Positions 46,376 to 54,294 of a stretch of 64,000 nucleotides of DNA are shown piece after piece. The position numbers were made by a program, and so were the translations under genes. The notes beneath the pieces are model-generated. The model worked only from the letters and a program-made list of their open reading frames with translations. It was not told the origin of the DNA and made no database searches. The first letter of the stretch is position 1, and each line of letters begins with the position of its first letter. This DNA is from a virus (lineage: Duplodnaviria > Caudoviricetes): IMG/VR virus record IMGVR_UViG_3300043422_000086, positions 4,183 to 68,182 of that record; one strand, given 5' to 3'.

Positions 46376-46714
46376 CTATTTAACTTCTATAATGTTAGGA
46401 TATTCGCTTGCCCAACCGATACGGTAACCTGAAGTCTTAATTGTATATGTAGAACCTTCTTTAAGTTTTCCATAAACATCACTTGAATAGAAGTTACCTC
46501 GTAACATATCATCTTCTAATTTAAAAGTACCTTTGTCTGTATAAACTACATAGAATGATGTGATTGTTTTTCCAGATTGCTCTGTGATTCTTTCTTTACC
46601 TTCTACTTTTACAGTATGAGTTTCGATGTGATTGTACGCTTTAATGTTGAAATAAATTGCTGCAATAACTAAAGCTACAAATAATGCGATAAATAATTTA
46701 ATTGATGTGTTCAT
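46376..46714 (-). CDS. Membrane-anchored secreted protein (DUF1523-like)
   Basis: N-terminal TM; VYTDKGTF...SSDVYG...GYRI...YPNI. Confidence 0.6.
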   Translation of the reverse strand: MNTSIKLFIALFVALVIAAIYFNIKAYNHIETHTVKVEGKERITEQSGKTITSFYVVYTDKGTFKLEDDMLRGNFYSSDVYGKLKEGSTYTIKTSGYRIGWASEYPNIIEVK

Positions 46715-46724
46715 AAGTTCTTTG

Positions 46725-46780
46725 TTTTAATTAGATATGTAAATATACAAAATACTTTTGATATAAAAAAATATTTTAGT
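46725..46780 (-). promoter_or_regulatory. Early-type promoter (class E)
   Basis: Same motif. Confidence 0.65.
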
Positions 46781-46788
46781 AATTATTT

Positions 46789-46974
46789 TTAAATTAAATC
46801 TTCTTTGTCTATGTAAGTTTCTGTTGCAAATCCAGAATAATCACTAAATTTGTATTTTGAAACTCTAATTTTGTCAAGTTTGAAACCTAGAATAGTTCCA
46901 TAATAAGTTTGCAAACTAGCTTTACTTGTCTTGTATTTAACTTTATCTCCTACTTTCATATCTTTAATAATCAC
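46789..46974 (-). CDS. Small SH3-like hypothetical protein
   Basis: MKVGDKVKY. Confidence 0.5.
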   Translation of the reverse strand: MIIKDMKVGDKVKYKTSKASLQTYYGTILGFKLDKIRVSKYKFSDYSGFATETYIDKEDLI

Positions 46975-47344
46975 AGTTACAGTTTTCAGGTATCATATCA
47001 ACATCATCTAAAGCATCTACTATTTTGTTAAAGGCTGCATTCATTTCTTTTGTTCTTCTTGCAAAACCTTCAGATGCGTTTATTACTCCTTCTCGATATG
47101 CATATTCCATTAGAACATTTACATATCTTTCTCTAAAACCAAAAACACCATTAGCATCTCGAATCGTATGTAGTTCACTTGCATCTTCCTCGTTGATTTT
47201 ACCAGACTTAATATCGGCTTCAACTTTTTCCATTGCTGCCATTTTCAAAGTGTTAAACTTTGAAAAGTACTTTAAATCTTTAGGTACATCATTTAGTGTT
47301 TTTGCCTTTGCTTTATAAGCTGCTTTTCTTTCTTCCCAGTCCAT
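46964..47344 (-). CDS. Hypothetical protein
   Basis: ORF track. Confidence 0.55.
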   Translation of the reverse strand: MDWEERKAAYKAKAKTLNDVPKDLKYFSKFNTLKMAAMEKVEADIKSGKINEEDASELHTIRDANGVFGFRERYVNVLMEYAYREGVINASEGFARRTKEMNAAFNKIVDALDDVDMIPENCNCDY

Positions 47345-47349
47345 GATTC

Positions 47350-47553
47350 TTATTTTAAATATTTTCTAATAAATTTTGTTTCTCTTTTGTTTAAAACCAA
47401 CACATATTGAGATCCACCTTTGGTTTGATAAACTTGGTATCTTTGACCATTTTCAAAATGCCATTCATTTGTATAGCTATAGTCTTTGATGCTTTCTTCT
47501 GCAGATTTACATGAGAATGAAATAATCGCTAATAATATTAATAAAGCTTTCAT
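47350..47553 (-). CDS. Small lipoprotein
   Basis: MKALLILLAIISFS-C lipobox. Confidence 0.6.
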   Translation of the reverse strand: MKALLILLAIISFSCKSAEESIKDYSYTNEWHFENGQRYQVYQTKGGSQYVLVLNKRETKFIRKYLK

Positions 47554-47555
47554 AA

Positions 47556-48467
47556 TTATGCTTGTTCTTTATAATTGTTAATCAAGCCTCCAATTCTGTT
47601 TGAAATTGCTCTCTGTGAATTGTATTCTTTTTGTTTAACATCTAAACTAGAAATTGAGTTCTGTAAAGATCTTAATTCGGTTAAAAGATACCCAACAGTT
47701 GATGTGTCTACAATCTTTTGAGATTGTTTAGCTAAATGAAAGCTTACAGCATCTTCTAATTTTTTACGATTCACATCCATTCTAGCAATACAACCTTCAT
47801 AAGTATCAATAATGATTAAGTTAGCAGTTTTTTCAAATTCTTCCATGCCTGCTACAAATTTATCATCAATTTTAACAAATCTTAAACCTGAATGCGTTGG
47901 TACGTCAATTCTGCTTTTATCAATTCCAAATGCATCACAAACTGTAAAGAATAATTCAATGTTACTTGGTACATACTTACATTTTGTTTCAAACACATTC
48001 TCTGCATTAATTGAATACAAAGGAATGATACATTTATAGGCGCTCACTGGATAGTTAATAAGCTCAATTTCTAAGTTATGAACTTCTTCAGATGTTTCAT
48101 AGACTGGTTTGTGTGTTCTTGCAAATCTTATAGCAAAAACCTCATCTTCTAAAGTATTGTAAATATAATCTTCGGTATCGTCGTCGTATTCTCTAGTTGA
48201 ATCAATTACAGCTTGAACCTCTTTGAATTTTTCAACTGAAATAGTGATTCCAAATTCAGTGTTATCGTAACCGATTAATTTACGGCCAGATGTTTTATAT
48301 GTGATTGATTCTGGTTTTTCAGAAGTTACTACAAGTTCACCACTTCTAAAGCCTCGTAATGGATCGCTTGTGGATTTACCATTTACTTCCATTGTTGTGT
48401 TAAACCCATTTTTGAATGTGTAAAAACCTGTTTGAGAATCATAACCTACTTTAATTGAATTTTCCAT
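47556..48467 (-). CDS. Early hypothetical protein (start MENSIK)
   Basis: Start moved downstream of early promoter. Confidence 0.6.
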   Translation of the reverse strand: MENSIKVGYDSQTGFYTFKNGFNTTMEVNGKSTSDPLRGFRSGELVVTSEKPESITYKTSGRKLIGYDNTEFGITISVEKFKEVQAVIDSTREYDDDTEDYIYNTLEDEVFAIRFARTHKPVYETSEEVHNLEIELINYPVSAYKCIIPLYSINAENVFETKCKYVPSNIELFFTVCDAFGIDKSRIDVPTHSGLRFVKIDDKFVAGMEEFEKTANLIIIDTYEGCIARMDVNRKKLEDAVSFHLAKQSQKIVDTSTVGYLLTELRSLQNSISSLDVKQKEYNSQRAISNRIGGLINNYKEQA

Positions 48468-48477
48468 GTTGTTTATC

Positions 48478-48560
48478 TTTTTAATTACTCTGTAAATATA
48501 CGAAAAAAAGCCCAAACTAAAAAATTTGGGCTTAATTATTTTTCAAAAGTTACGAACAAT
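48478..48560 (-). promoter_or_regulatory. Early-type promoter (class E) with stem-loop and AATTGTTCGTAACTTT box
   Basis: Same motif. Confidence 0.7.
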
Positions 48561-48571
48561 TTTTAATTATT

Positions 48572-49222
48572 TTAATCCCACCAACCCTGCATACCACTAC
48601 CATCAAACCATTTGTTGTAATTATCTGGATCGTTTTTCTCTTCTTCAGTTAAACTGTTACGATATTCTTTGTAACTCTTACCTTTGAAGATTTCCCATAG
48701 CTCATTCCACTCTTGCTCTTCAAGCTCGTGTGTGCGATCATAGACTTTACGGTTGTGTTCCTTTTCTGAATCAGTTTCATTATCCACTAATCTATAAAGC
48801 TTTTCACCCTTTTCACCAAACGGATTGTCTGTAGTATCGCCAGTTTCTTCAAATTCCCATTCGTGATGAATAATCTCGCCTAATTCAGCTTCAGCCATGG
48901 CAATATAACTATCTTCTCCGATATTCTTAAGAATCTGGATAGCTCTTTGCATCTTTTCAATCTTTTTACCGCGAGATTCAAAGACTTCCATGCCATCGTG
49001 CATTTTGTTTTCCATTATTTCTAATGAAGTTTGCAAAGCTTCTAATGTATATCTGTAATCCCACCATCTATGGTTCCATAAAACTTTACGAAATCTATAA
49101 ATGTTTTTAAAGAACACTGGTATTTTATAACGAACTGTTTCATATATTTTGTACCACCATGATTCATGCATAATCAATGTTTTAATTGAATCACCGAAAC
49201 TATCTGCAAATTTTATTTCCAT
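48572..49222 (-). CDS. Hypothetical protein (start MEIKFADSFG)
   Basis: Start moved to follow promoter at 49240-49266 and avoid overlap with + strand gene. Confidence 0.65.
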   Translation of the reverse strand: MEIKFADSFGDSIKTLIMHESWWYKIYETVRYKIPVFFKNIYRFRKVLWNHRWWDYRYTLEALQTSLEIMENKMHDGMEVFESRGKKIEKMQRAIQILKNIGEDSYIAMAEAELGEIIHHEWEFEETGDTTDNPFGEKGEKLYRLVDNETDSEKEHNRKVYDRTHELEEQEWNELWEIFKGKSYKEYRNSLTEEEKNDPDNYNKWFDGSGMQGWWD

Positions 49223-49239
49223 AATATTATGTTTAGGAA

Positions 49240-49266
49240 TTATATCTGATAAATAATAAAAGTTTC
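49240..49266 (-). promoter_or_regulatory. Class M promoter
   Basis: GAAAC-N17-TATAA. Confidence 0.6.
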
Positions 49267-49283
49267 TAAAAATAATTATAAGC

Positions 49284-49874
49284 ATGTATACAAGGCAACA
49301 AATAGAAAAAGCTGTAAAATCAAAAAAATACCTTTGGTTTAATTCCAACAAAGATTATGACGTGAATATTGTAGGTATTAGAACTTCTAACACCGGTAAA
49401 AAGGTGACTAATGTCTTTGATGATTTTTTAACCATTTCATTTAGAATTGATGGTGTTTGGCAATATTTTATTTGGAATGCAACCACAGAGCCTGGTAAAA
49501 AAGGCATGTTAGAAGGTACAGCTAAAAATGGTGTTGCGAGACTAGTTCCTGGCCAATACCGAGGAGTTTGGGAAATAGACAAACATCAAGGTAAATATGA
49601 AGCTTTGTGCCAAAGAAAAGGAGATGTTATTGTTTATAGAGATGCAAACAAAGATTTAGTTTTTGATGAAACTAAAACAGAAACAGGTATGTTTGGTATT
49701 AATATTCATAAAGCTGGTAGAGATTCCACTTGGGTTGAAAATTGGTCTGAAGGTTGTCAAGTCTTTAAAAGAGTCAAAGACTTTGATCAATTTATGCAGA
49801 TATGTAAAATGGCTGCCAAAGTTCATGGCAACCATTTTAGTTATACTTTAATAGAGTCTAAAGATATTATTTAG
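49284..49874 (+). CDS. Putative cell-wall peptidase/endolysin (L,D-transpeptidase-like His/Cys motif)
   Basis: FGINIHKAG...NWSEGCQV. Confidence 0.65.
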   Translation: MYTRQQIEKAVKSKKYLWFNSNKDYDVNIVGIRTSNTGKKVTNVFDDFLTISFRIDGVWQYFIWNATTEPGKKGMLEGTAKNGVARLVPGQYRGVWEIDKHQGKYEALCQRKGDVIVYRDANKDLVFDETKTETGMFGINIHKAGRDSTWVENWSEGCQVFKRVKDFDQFMQICKMAAKVHGNHFSYTLIESKDII

Positions 49875-50385
49875 TAAAATAAAGAGCAGCTTCGGCTGTT
49901 CTTCTTTTTAAGAGACCTTCTAATTTTTGCTTTTCACCAGCCTCGTCAATAAGACCATCATTATCATCATCTTTACCATTATGTGTTCCATCAGCTTTGC
50001 ACCATTTTAAAAATTCATCCTTAATAGTAGGATCATTTACGTTCTTATTTAATTTAACTAATAATGTACTTGTTTTTAATGCATTTGATCCAGTGTTATA
50101 CACGAAACTAACCAAAGCATCAAACTGATTTTGATTAATTTTATCTTGACAAAAAACATCTACATACTTTTCAGATATTGCAACTTCGTGTAATAACATT
50201 TTAGTTGCTTTAGCTTCAGTTATAGCTTTATCTTTTAAAGTAACTTTGGTACCGTCTTCATAAAAAGTACTTCCATAGCCTATCGTTGGAATTCCAGCTG
50301 GGCATAAATATGGTTTTAAAGAGAGTCCTTCGAAAGATTTGATTAGCTCTAATCCTTTCTTTCCAATTTTAGTTATTTTTTTCAT
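49867..50385 (-). CDS. Phage lysozyme (GH24) endolysin
   Basis: FEGL..KPYLCPAGIPTIGYG, QNQFDALVSF.YN.G, GL..RR.AE. Confidence 0.9.
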   Translation of the reverse strand: MKKITKIGKKGLELIKSFEGLSLKPYLCPAGIPTIGYGSTFYEDGTKVTLKDKAITEAKATKMLLHEVAISEKYVDVFCQDKINQNQFDALVSFVYNTGSNALKTSTLLVKLNKNVNDPTIKDEFLKWCKADGTHNGKDDDNDGLIDEAGEKQKLEGLLKRRTAEAALYFTK

Positions 50386-50388
50386 GAT

Positions 50389-50397
50389 TTATATATC
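50389..50397 (-). promoter_or_regulatory. Late-type box (class L)
   Basis: GATATATAA upstream of lysozyme. Confidence 0.55.
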
Positions 50398-50410
50398 ATG
50401 AAAATTTGGG

Positions 50411-50553
50411 CTGTAGTGGGTGGATTCGAACCACCAAGAGGCAATTAGGTAAAGGACATTGCTAGCTTGTGGTCAATCCATTATCCTTACTTTATTTCGT
50501 TATCCTCACCTTCGAGACAGGAAGTGCGCGTCTGCCAATTTCGCCACACTACA
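50411..50553 (-). ncRNA. tRNA-like RNA with ~70-nt variable-arm insertion (anticodon loop ctGTCtc)
   Basis: tgtagtg/cactaca acceptor, Leu-type D loop, ggtgg-ttcgaat-ccacc T arm. Confidence 0.7.
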
Positions 50554-50561
50554 GTGTTAAA

Positions 50562-50921
50562 TTAATCTAAAAGTCTTCTGACCTTTTCACCTAATTCTTG
50601 ATCATTAGGCGTGTCATTGATTAGTCTAGCATCAATTACTACTCTATTTACATTTTCATTTGCACCAAACTTTTTAGGTGCGCCGTAGTCTTCTGTTAAT
50701 GAGTTTGATGTGTTGTAACATTTTGCGCACAATTGACCAACACCAACTTCATAATACATTCTGGATTCTACATGTGTGTCTACATTAATACGAGTGTCGC
50801 ATCCACACGAAATACAAGCTTCTGTTGCCATAATATTTGGTTTTTTATATCTTAATTCTTCACATCTCCAACAAGGTTCTTTATCTAACTCGTCCCATAG
50901 ATGTCTATCGCACTTTGGCAT
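50562..50921 (-). CDS. Cys-rich hypothetical protein
   Basis: CISC...GQLCAKC. Confidence 0.55.
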   Translation of the reverse strand: MPKCDRHLWDELDKEPCWRCEELRYKKPNIMATEACISCGCDTRINVDTHVESRMYYEVGVGQLCAKCYNTSNSLTEDYGAPKKFGANENVNRVVIDARLINDTPNDQELGEKVRRLLD

Positions 50922-50926
50922 TAAAT

Positions 50927-51685
50927 TTATACTTTATTTTTAAGTGATTCGTTTTCTAATGTTGGTTCTAAAACATCTTTTTCAAAGTAAGAAAGCTCTG
51001 TAACTAAAGTGTCGATTCTTTCTTTCATTTTCTTAAACTCTTTGACAAAACCCATAGCTAATTCGATATTAGCAACTTTTAAATTGACTGCGAAATCTCC
51101 ACCTCTGTAAAATTGGTTTGCGTATGAAGAGTAATTATACTTAATACCGATTGGCTCGTCTTTGTATGTTTTAGCATGCATCTCAAAGCCATGTGAATTG
51201 TTTAAACCTGACATACAAGGGTACTCTGGCTTACCTGAAATTCCTGCCATAAAGTGAATATAGTTTTTAACTTTAGTGTCTAGGACGTGTAAACCTAAGT
51301 CACAGGAAGAGTGCGGAGTATCTTTGAAAGCCAATGATTGTAATAAGTTAGCTCTTTGTAAAATGCTACCTGAAAATCTACCGGCTATCACTGAAATGTC
51401 TCCCGAATTTACAACTATTAAATCTTTATCTAGCATAAATGGATTACTAAAGTCTTCTAAGACCATAACTTCTGGCATCATTGCGATAACTACAGTTTCT
51501 TCATTATCGACTAAAGTTGTGATAAAATTCTCGTAGAAAATCCAATTGCCTGTTTTGTCAACTTCGGTTTCTATGATTTCATGCTCAATGTCATGTTTTT
51601 TAGCCCAAACTGCCTGAGATTTAATACAATCTTTGAAAATGTGCAAGTCATGCTCAGAACCTACTGTTATTAATTTGCTTTTCAT
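50927..51685 (-). CDS. Possible glycosyltransferase-like protein
   Basis: Weak N-terminal resemblance to GT34-type enzymes; next to 51689. Confidence 0.4.
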   Translation of the reverse strand: MKSKLITVGSEHDLHIFKDCIKSQAVWAKKHDIEHEIIETEVDKTGNWIFYENFITTLVDNEETVVIAMMPEVMVLEDFSNPFMLDKDLIVVNSGDISVIAGRFSGSILQRANLLQSLAFKDTPHSSCDLGLHVLDTKVKNYIHFMAGISGKPEYPCMSGLNNSHGFEMHAKTYKDEPIGIKYNYSSYANQFYRGGDFAVNLKVANIELAMGFVKEFKKMKERIDTLVTELSYFEKDVLEPTLENESLKNKV

Positions 51686-51688
51686 ATT

Positions 51689-52654
51689 TTAAATTTTATA
51701 TCCTAATTCTTCTTGTAAATCTTGTTCTTTGTATTTTAAAAAATCTATTAGATTTTGTCTAATTACCCAGGCTTTAGGTCCACTGTTTTGTAAAGCGCTT
51801 AATAAATTATAAAAAACTTTGATTTTTAAAGATTGACCTTCTGGTCTAGAATACTCTACCTTTTCACCCCATAAGTGAAACCATGTTAAAGTTTCTCTTT
51901 GTCCTAATTCGCCGTGAGTATATTCTTCACCTGTTTCCCATGATCTCCATCTTAAAGTATCTCCCATATAAGTGTATGGAAATAATTGACGCTTTTTATA
52001 GTTACCATTATCTACAACAGCTGAAAGTAATCTTTGCTCAACAAATAATGGTTTCCAAAATATTCTAAGTCCTTCTGGAGCCCATTTAACAGGAGCTGGT
52101 TTCTTAGAATTTTTAGTCATGAAATCTATAGCTAATGCACAGTATTCATCTCTAAGTTTGCGATCATTGATAACAAATAAACCAACATTAATTGGTTGAC
52201 ATGTTTCTAAGGATTCCATTTTAGGAAACTCATAACCATCTCGCTTGCTTAAGAAATCTAAAGGTGGATAGTTTTTATGAAAGCGACCTTCGTCGTGTAA
52301 ATAAATAATGCTTTCGTCTTTGATTTCAATCTTTTCTCTATAAATTAAATCATTGTCGATAAATGCAACTGGAAATTCTTCAACAGAATTCAAAACTTTC
52401 ATTTTACTAGCTGCACCAAAATGTGGCCAATAGATGTCGTCTTTTTGTTCTAGAACGTCAGTATTAATATTATCATAAAGTTGATCCATACCTAAAGCTT
52501 CAAAAAACTTTAAGTCTTTTTTGGTAGTGTATAAGTGAATTGGACCATTGTGTTTTTTCCATTCAAGAGCAGAAAGTGTTTGAATCATCAAAACATGTTC
52601 TGAATAACTTGAGGAAGAAACTGATTTAAAAACGTGTATGCCTGTTAAATTCAT
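51689..52654 (-). CDS. DUF6734-like nucleotide-diphospho-sugar transferase fold protein
   Basis: SALEWKK, AASKMKVL..PVAFIDND, INVGL, FVEQRLL, HLWG.K. Confidence 0.6.
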   Translation of the reverse strand: MNLTGIHVFKSVSSSSYSEHVLMIQTLSALEWKKHNGPIHLYTTKKDLKFFEALGMDQLYDNINTDVLEQKDDIYWPHFGAASKMKVLNSVEEFPVAFIDNDLIYREKIEIKDESIIYLHDEGRFHKNYPPLDFLSKRDGYEFPKMESLETCQPINVGLFVINDRKLRDEYCALAIDFMTKNSKKPAPVKWAPEGLRIFWKPLFVEQRLLSAVVDNGNYKKRQLFPYTYMGDTLRWRSWETGEEYTHGELGQRETLTWFHLWGEKVEYSRPEGQSLKIKVFYNLLSALQNSGPKAWVIRQNLIDFLKYKEQDLQEELGYKI

Positions 52655-52673
52655 GTATCTTTAAGTTTAGATG

Positions 52674-52700
52674 TTATATCTATCCTTTTTAAAAAGTTTA
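52674..52700 (-). promoter_or_regulatory. Class M promoter
   Basis: TAAAC-N17-TATAA. Confidence 0.6.
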
Positions 52701-52706
52701 CAATAA

Positions 52707-52732
52707 AAAAGCCAATCTTTCGATTGGCTTTT
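52707..52732. terminator. Intrinsic (bidirectional-looking) terminator
   Basis: aaaagccaatc-tttc-gattggctttt. Confidence 0.7.
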
Positions 52733-52753
52733 AAAATTAATTAAAATTAATTA

Positions 52754-53440
52754 TTATCTTATTGGTTTTCTATTATGCGTAACAATGTTGTTTGCAACGA
52801 ATAAGTCGATTGTTTCTACGTCAATTAAATAAACATTAACGCTTTTACCGTCTGGCATACGCTCGTTGTCTACACTTGTAATTACAACTTCATTAAGTTG
52901 ACCGTCTAATAAAATGTCTCCAACTAAAAGTTCAGATGATTGAACAAACATATAAACTGTTTCTCTTTTAACCAAATGTACGTGTTCAGCTGTTGCTTTA
53001 AGCAATCCATTATTAACATTATAAACTGCAAATGCTTCTACTTTAGTAGCATTAACTACAATAGTGTCTGCTATTGTAATATTTGGATTTGCAGAAGTCC
53101 ATGCGAAGTGTAAAGTTTCATCTAAAGGTAATCCTTCAATATTAATACTTTTTAATGAATCTCCGGCGATTAGTTCTTCAATTTTTTTAGTTGTGCCATC
53201 AGCCATTGCAATTAAAGTTCCTTCTAATAAACAAGCTGACTGTGGTTGATCTGCAAAAGCTGTTCCATAAAATTCGCTCATAGAGTCCGGTAATGATGTC
53301 ATACTAGCTGGATAATATCCGTATGGATTTGAACCGGACATTGTTCTAGATCTATTATACAAAGATACGTTAGATTGTGCTACGCCCATTTCTGTTGCTA
53401 TTTGTCCCATGGAGATTGAACCTCCTGATGATAGTGCCAT
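52754..53440 (-). CDS. Tail-fibre-tip/adhesin-like N-terminus fused to Hint (intein-like) autoprocessing domain
   Basis: MALSSGGSISMGQI..E.G; CLLEGT.I.MADG, TAEH, VANNIVTHN. Confidence 0.8.
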   Translation of the reverse strand: MALSSGGSISMGQIATEMGVAQSNVSLYNRSRTMSGSNPYGYYPASMTSLPDSMSEFYGTAFADQPQSACLLEGTLIAMADGTTKKIEELIAGDSLKSINIEGLPLDETLHFAWTSANPNITIADTIVVNATKVEAFAVYNVNNGLLKATAEHVHLVKRETVYMFVQSSELLVGDILLDGQLNEVVITSVDNERMPDGKSVNVYLIDVETIDLFVANNIVTHNRKPIR

Positions 53441-53464
53441 ATTTTAATTTATTTTTTTTATACT

Positions 53465-53473
53465 TTATATATC
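53465..53473 (-). promoter_or_regulatory. Late-type box (class L)
   Basis: GATATATAA upstream of Hint gene. Confidence 0.55.
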
Positions 53474-53740
53474 TTACAAATTTTGTTCTAGGAAGCTTTT
53501 CATAGAAAAAATTCTATTATTAAATTCAGCTTCTGTGATAGACACATATTCTGTTGGATTTGAACTAATTTGAGTGTTCATTTGAATAATATTTGAATTT
53601 GCTAACTCGGTATACATCACTGCGCACATATTAGCCGAGCCTTCGTGATTTGGATCTGTAACTACTTTAAACGTGTCTGTTTCTGAGTCAAACGCGTAAA
53701 ATGCGTTATCGTAATTTCTTTTGTAAAATTGATATGCCAT
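53474..53740 (-). CDS. Small tail-associated hypothetical protein
   Basis: Between two MAL.SSG paralogues. Confidence 0.55.
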   Translation of the reverse strand: MAYQFYKRNYDNAFYAFDSETDTFKVVTDPNHEGSANMCAVMYTELANSNIIQMNTQISSNPTEYVSITEAEFNNRIFSMKSFLEQNL

Positions 53741-53750
53741 GATTTTAAAT

Positions 53751-54245
53751 TTATGTTAGAATTTGTCTGTGTACGTTATATCGTGTTTTAGCTTGATATT
53801 GATCAAAGCTAGTAGAATATACATAATCTCCAGTTTGATCTGGAGATACGTTTGTGATTTGTAATTCTGCTAAATATGCACCTGGTCCATAATATGTATA
53901 TGACACATTAAATATCGTAGAAATGCTAGAACCTTGTGGTATAATACGATTTCCTGGTAACAAAACAGTTTCCCAATAAATACCATTAAATGCATAAGTT
54001 TGTACAGCGGCATATATGATAGTATCAGCTGTGTATCTATAAGGATGTGATGAACTTATACCAATAGTACATTTTGCTGTACCGTTAAAATTATCTATAT
54101 CAACTTCTCCGACTACTAACAATAAACCATTCCATAAACTGTTTTTAACTGTGTTTATGTCTTCATTAGGGTCTGCTGGAGCTCCTGTTTCTGCCCAAAT
54201 TTGACCTATCGAAATAGAACCTCCAGATGATGATGGTAATGCCAT
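53751..54245 (-). CDS. Tail-fibre-tip/adhesin-like protein (MALPSSSGGSISIGQI..E.G)
   Basis: Shares N-terminus with 52754; late box upstream. Confidence 0.6.
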   Translation of the reverse strand: MALPSSSGGSISIGQIWAETGAPADPNEDINTVKNSLWNGLLLVVGEVDIDNFNGTAKCTIGISSSHPYRYTADTIIYAAVQTYAFNGIYWETVLLPGNRIIPQGSSISTIFNVSYTYYGPGAYLAELQITNVSPDQTGDYVYSTSFDQYQAKTRYNVHRQILT

Positions 54246-54294
54246 TGATTATTTATTTTTTAATAGACTTTATACTTCTTATATATTTATATTA

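Noticed and set aside
52754-53440. Canonical splicing intein
   Set aside because: The residue after His-Asn is Arg with almost no C-extein and no endonuclease domain; treated as a cleavage-type Hint domain
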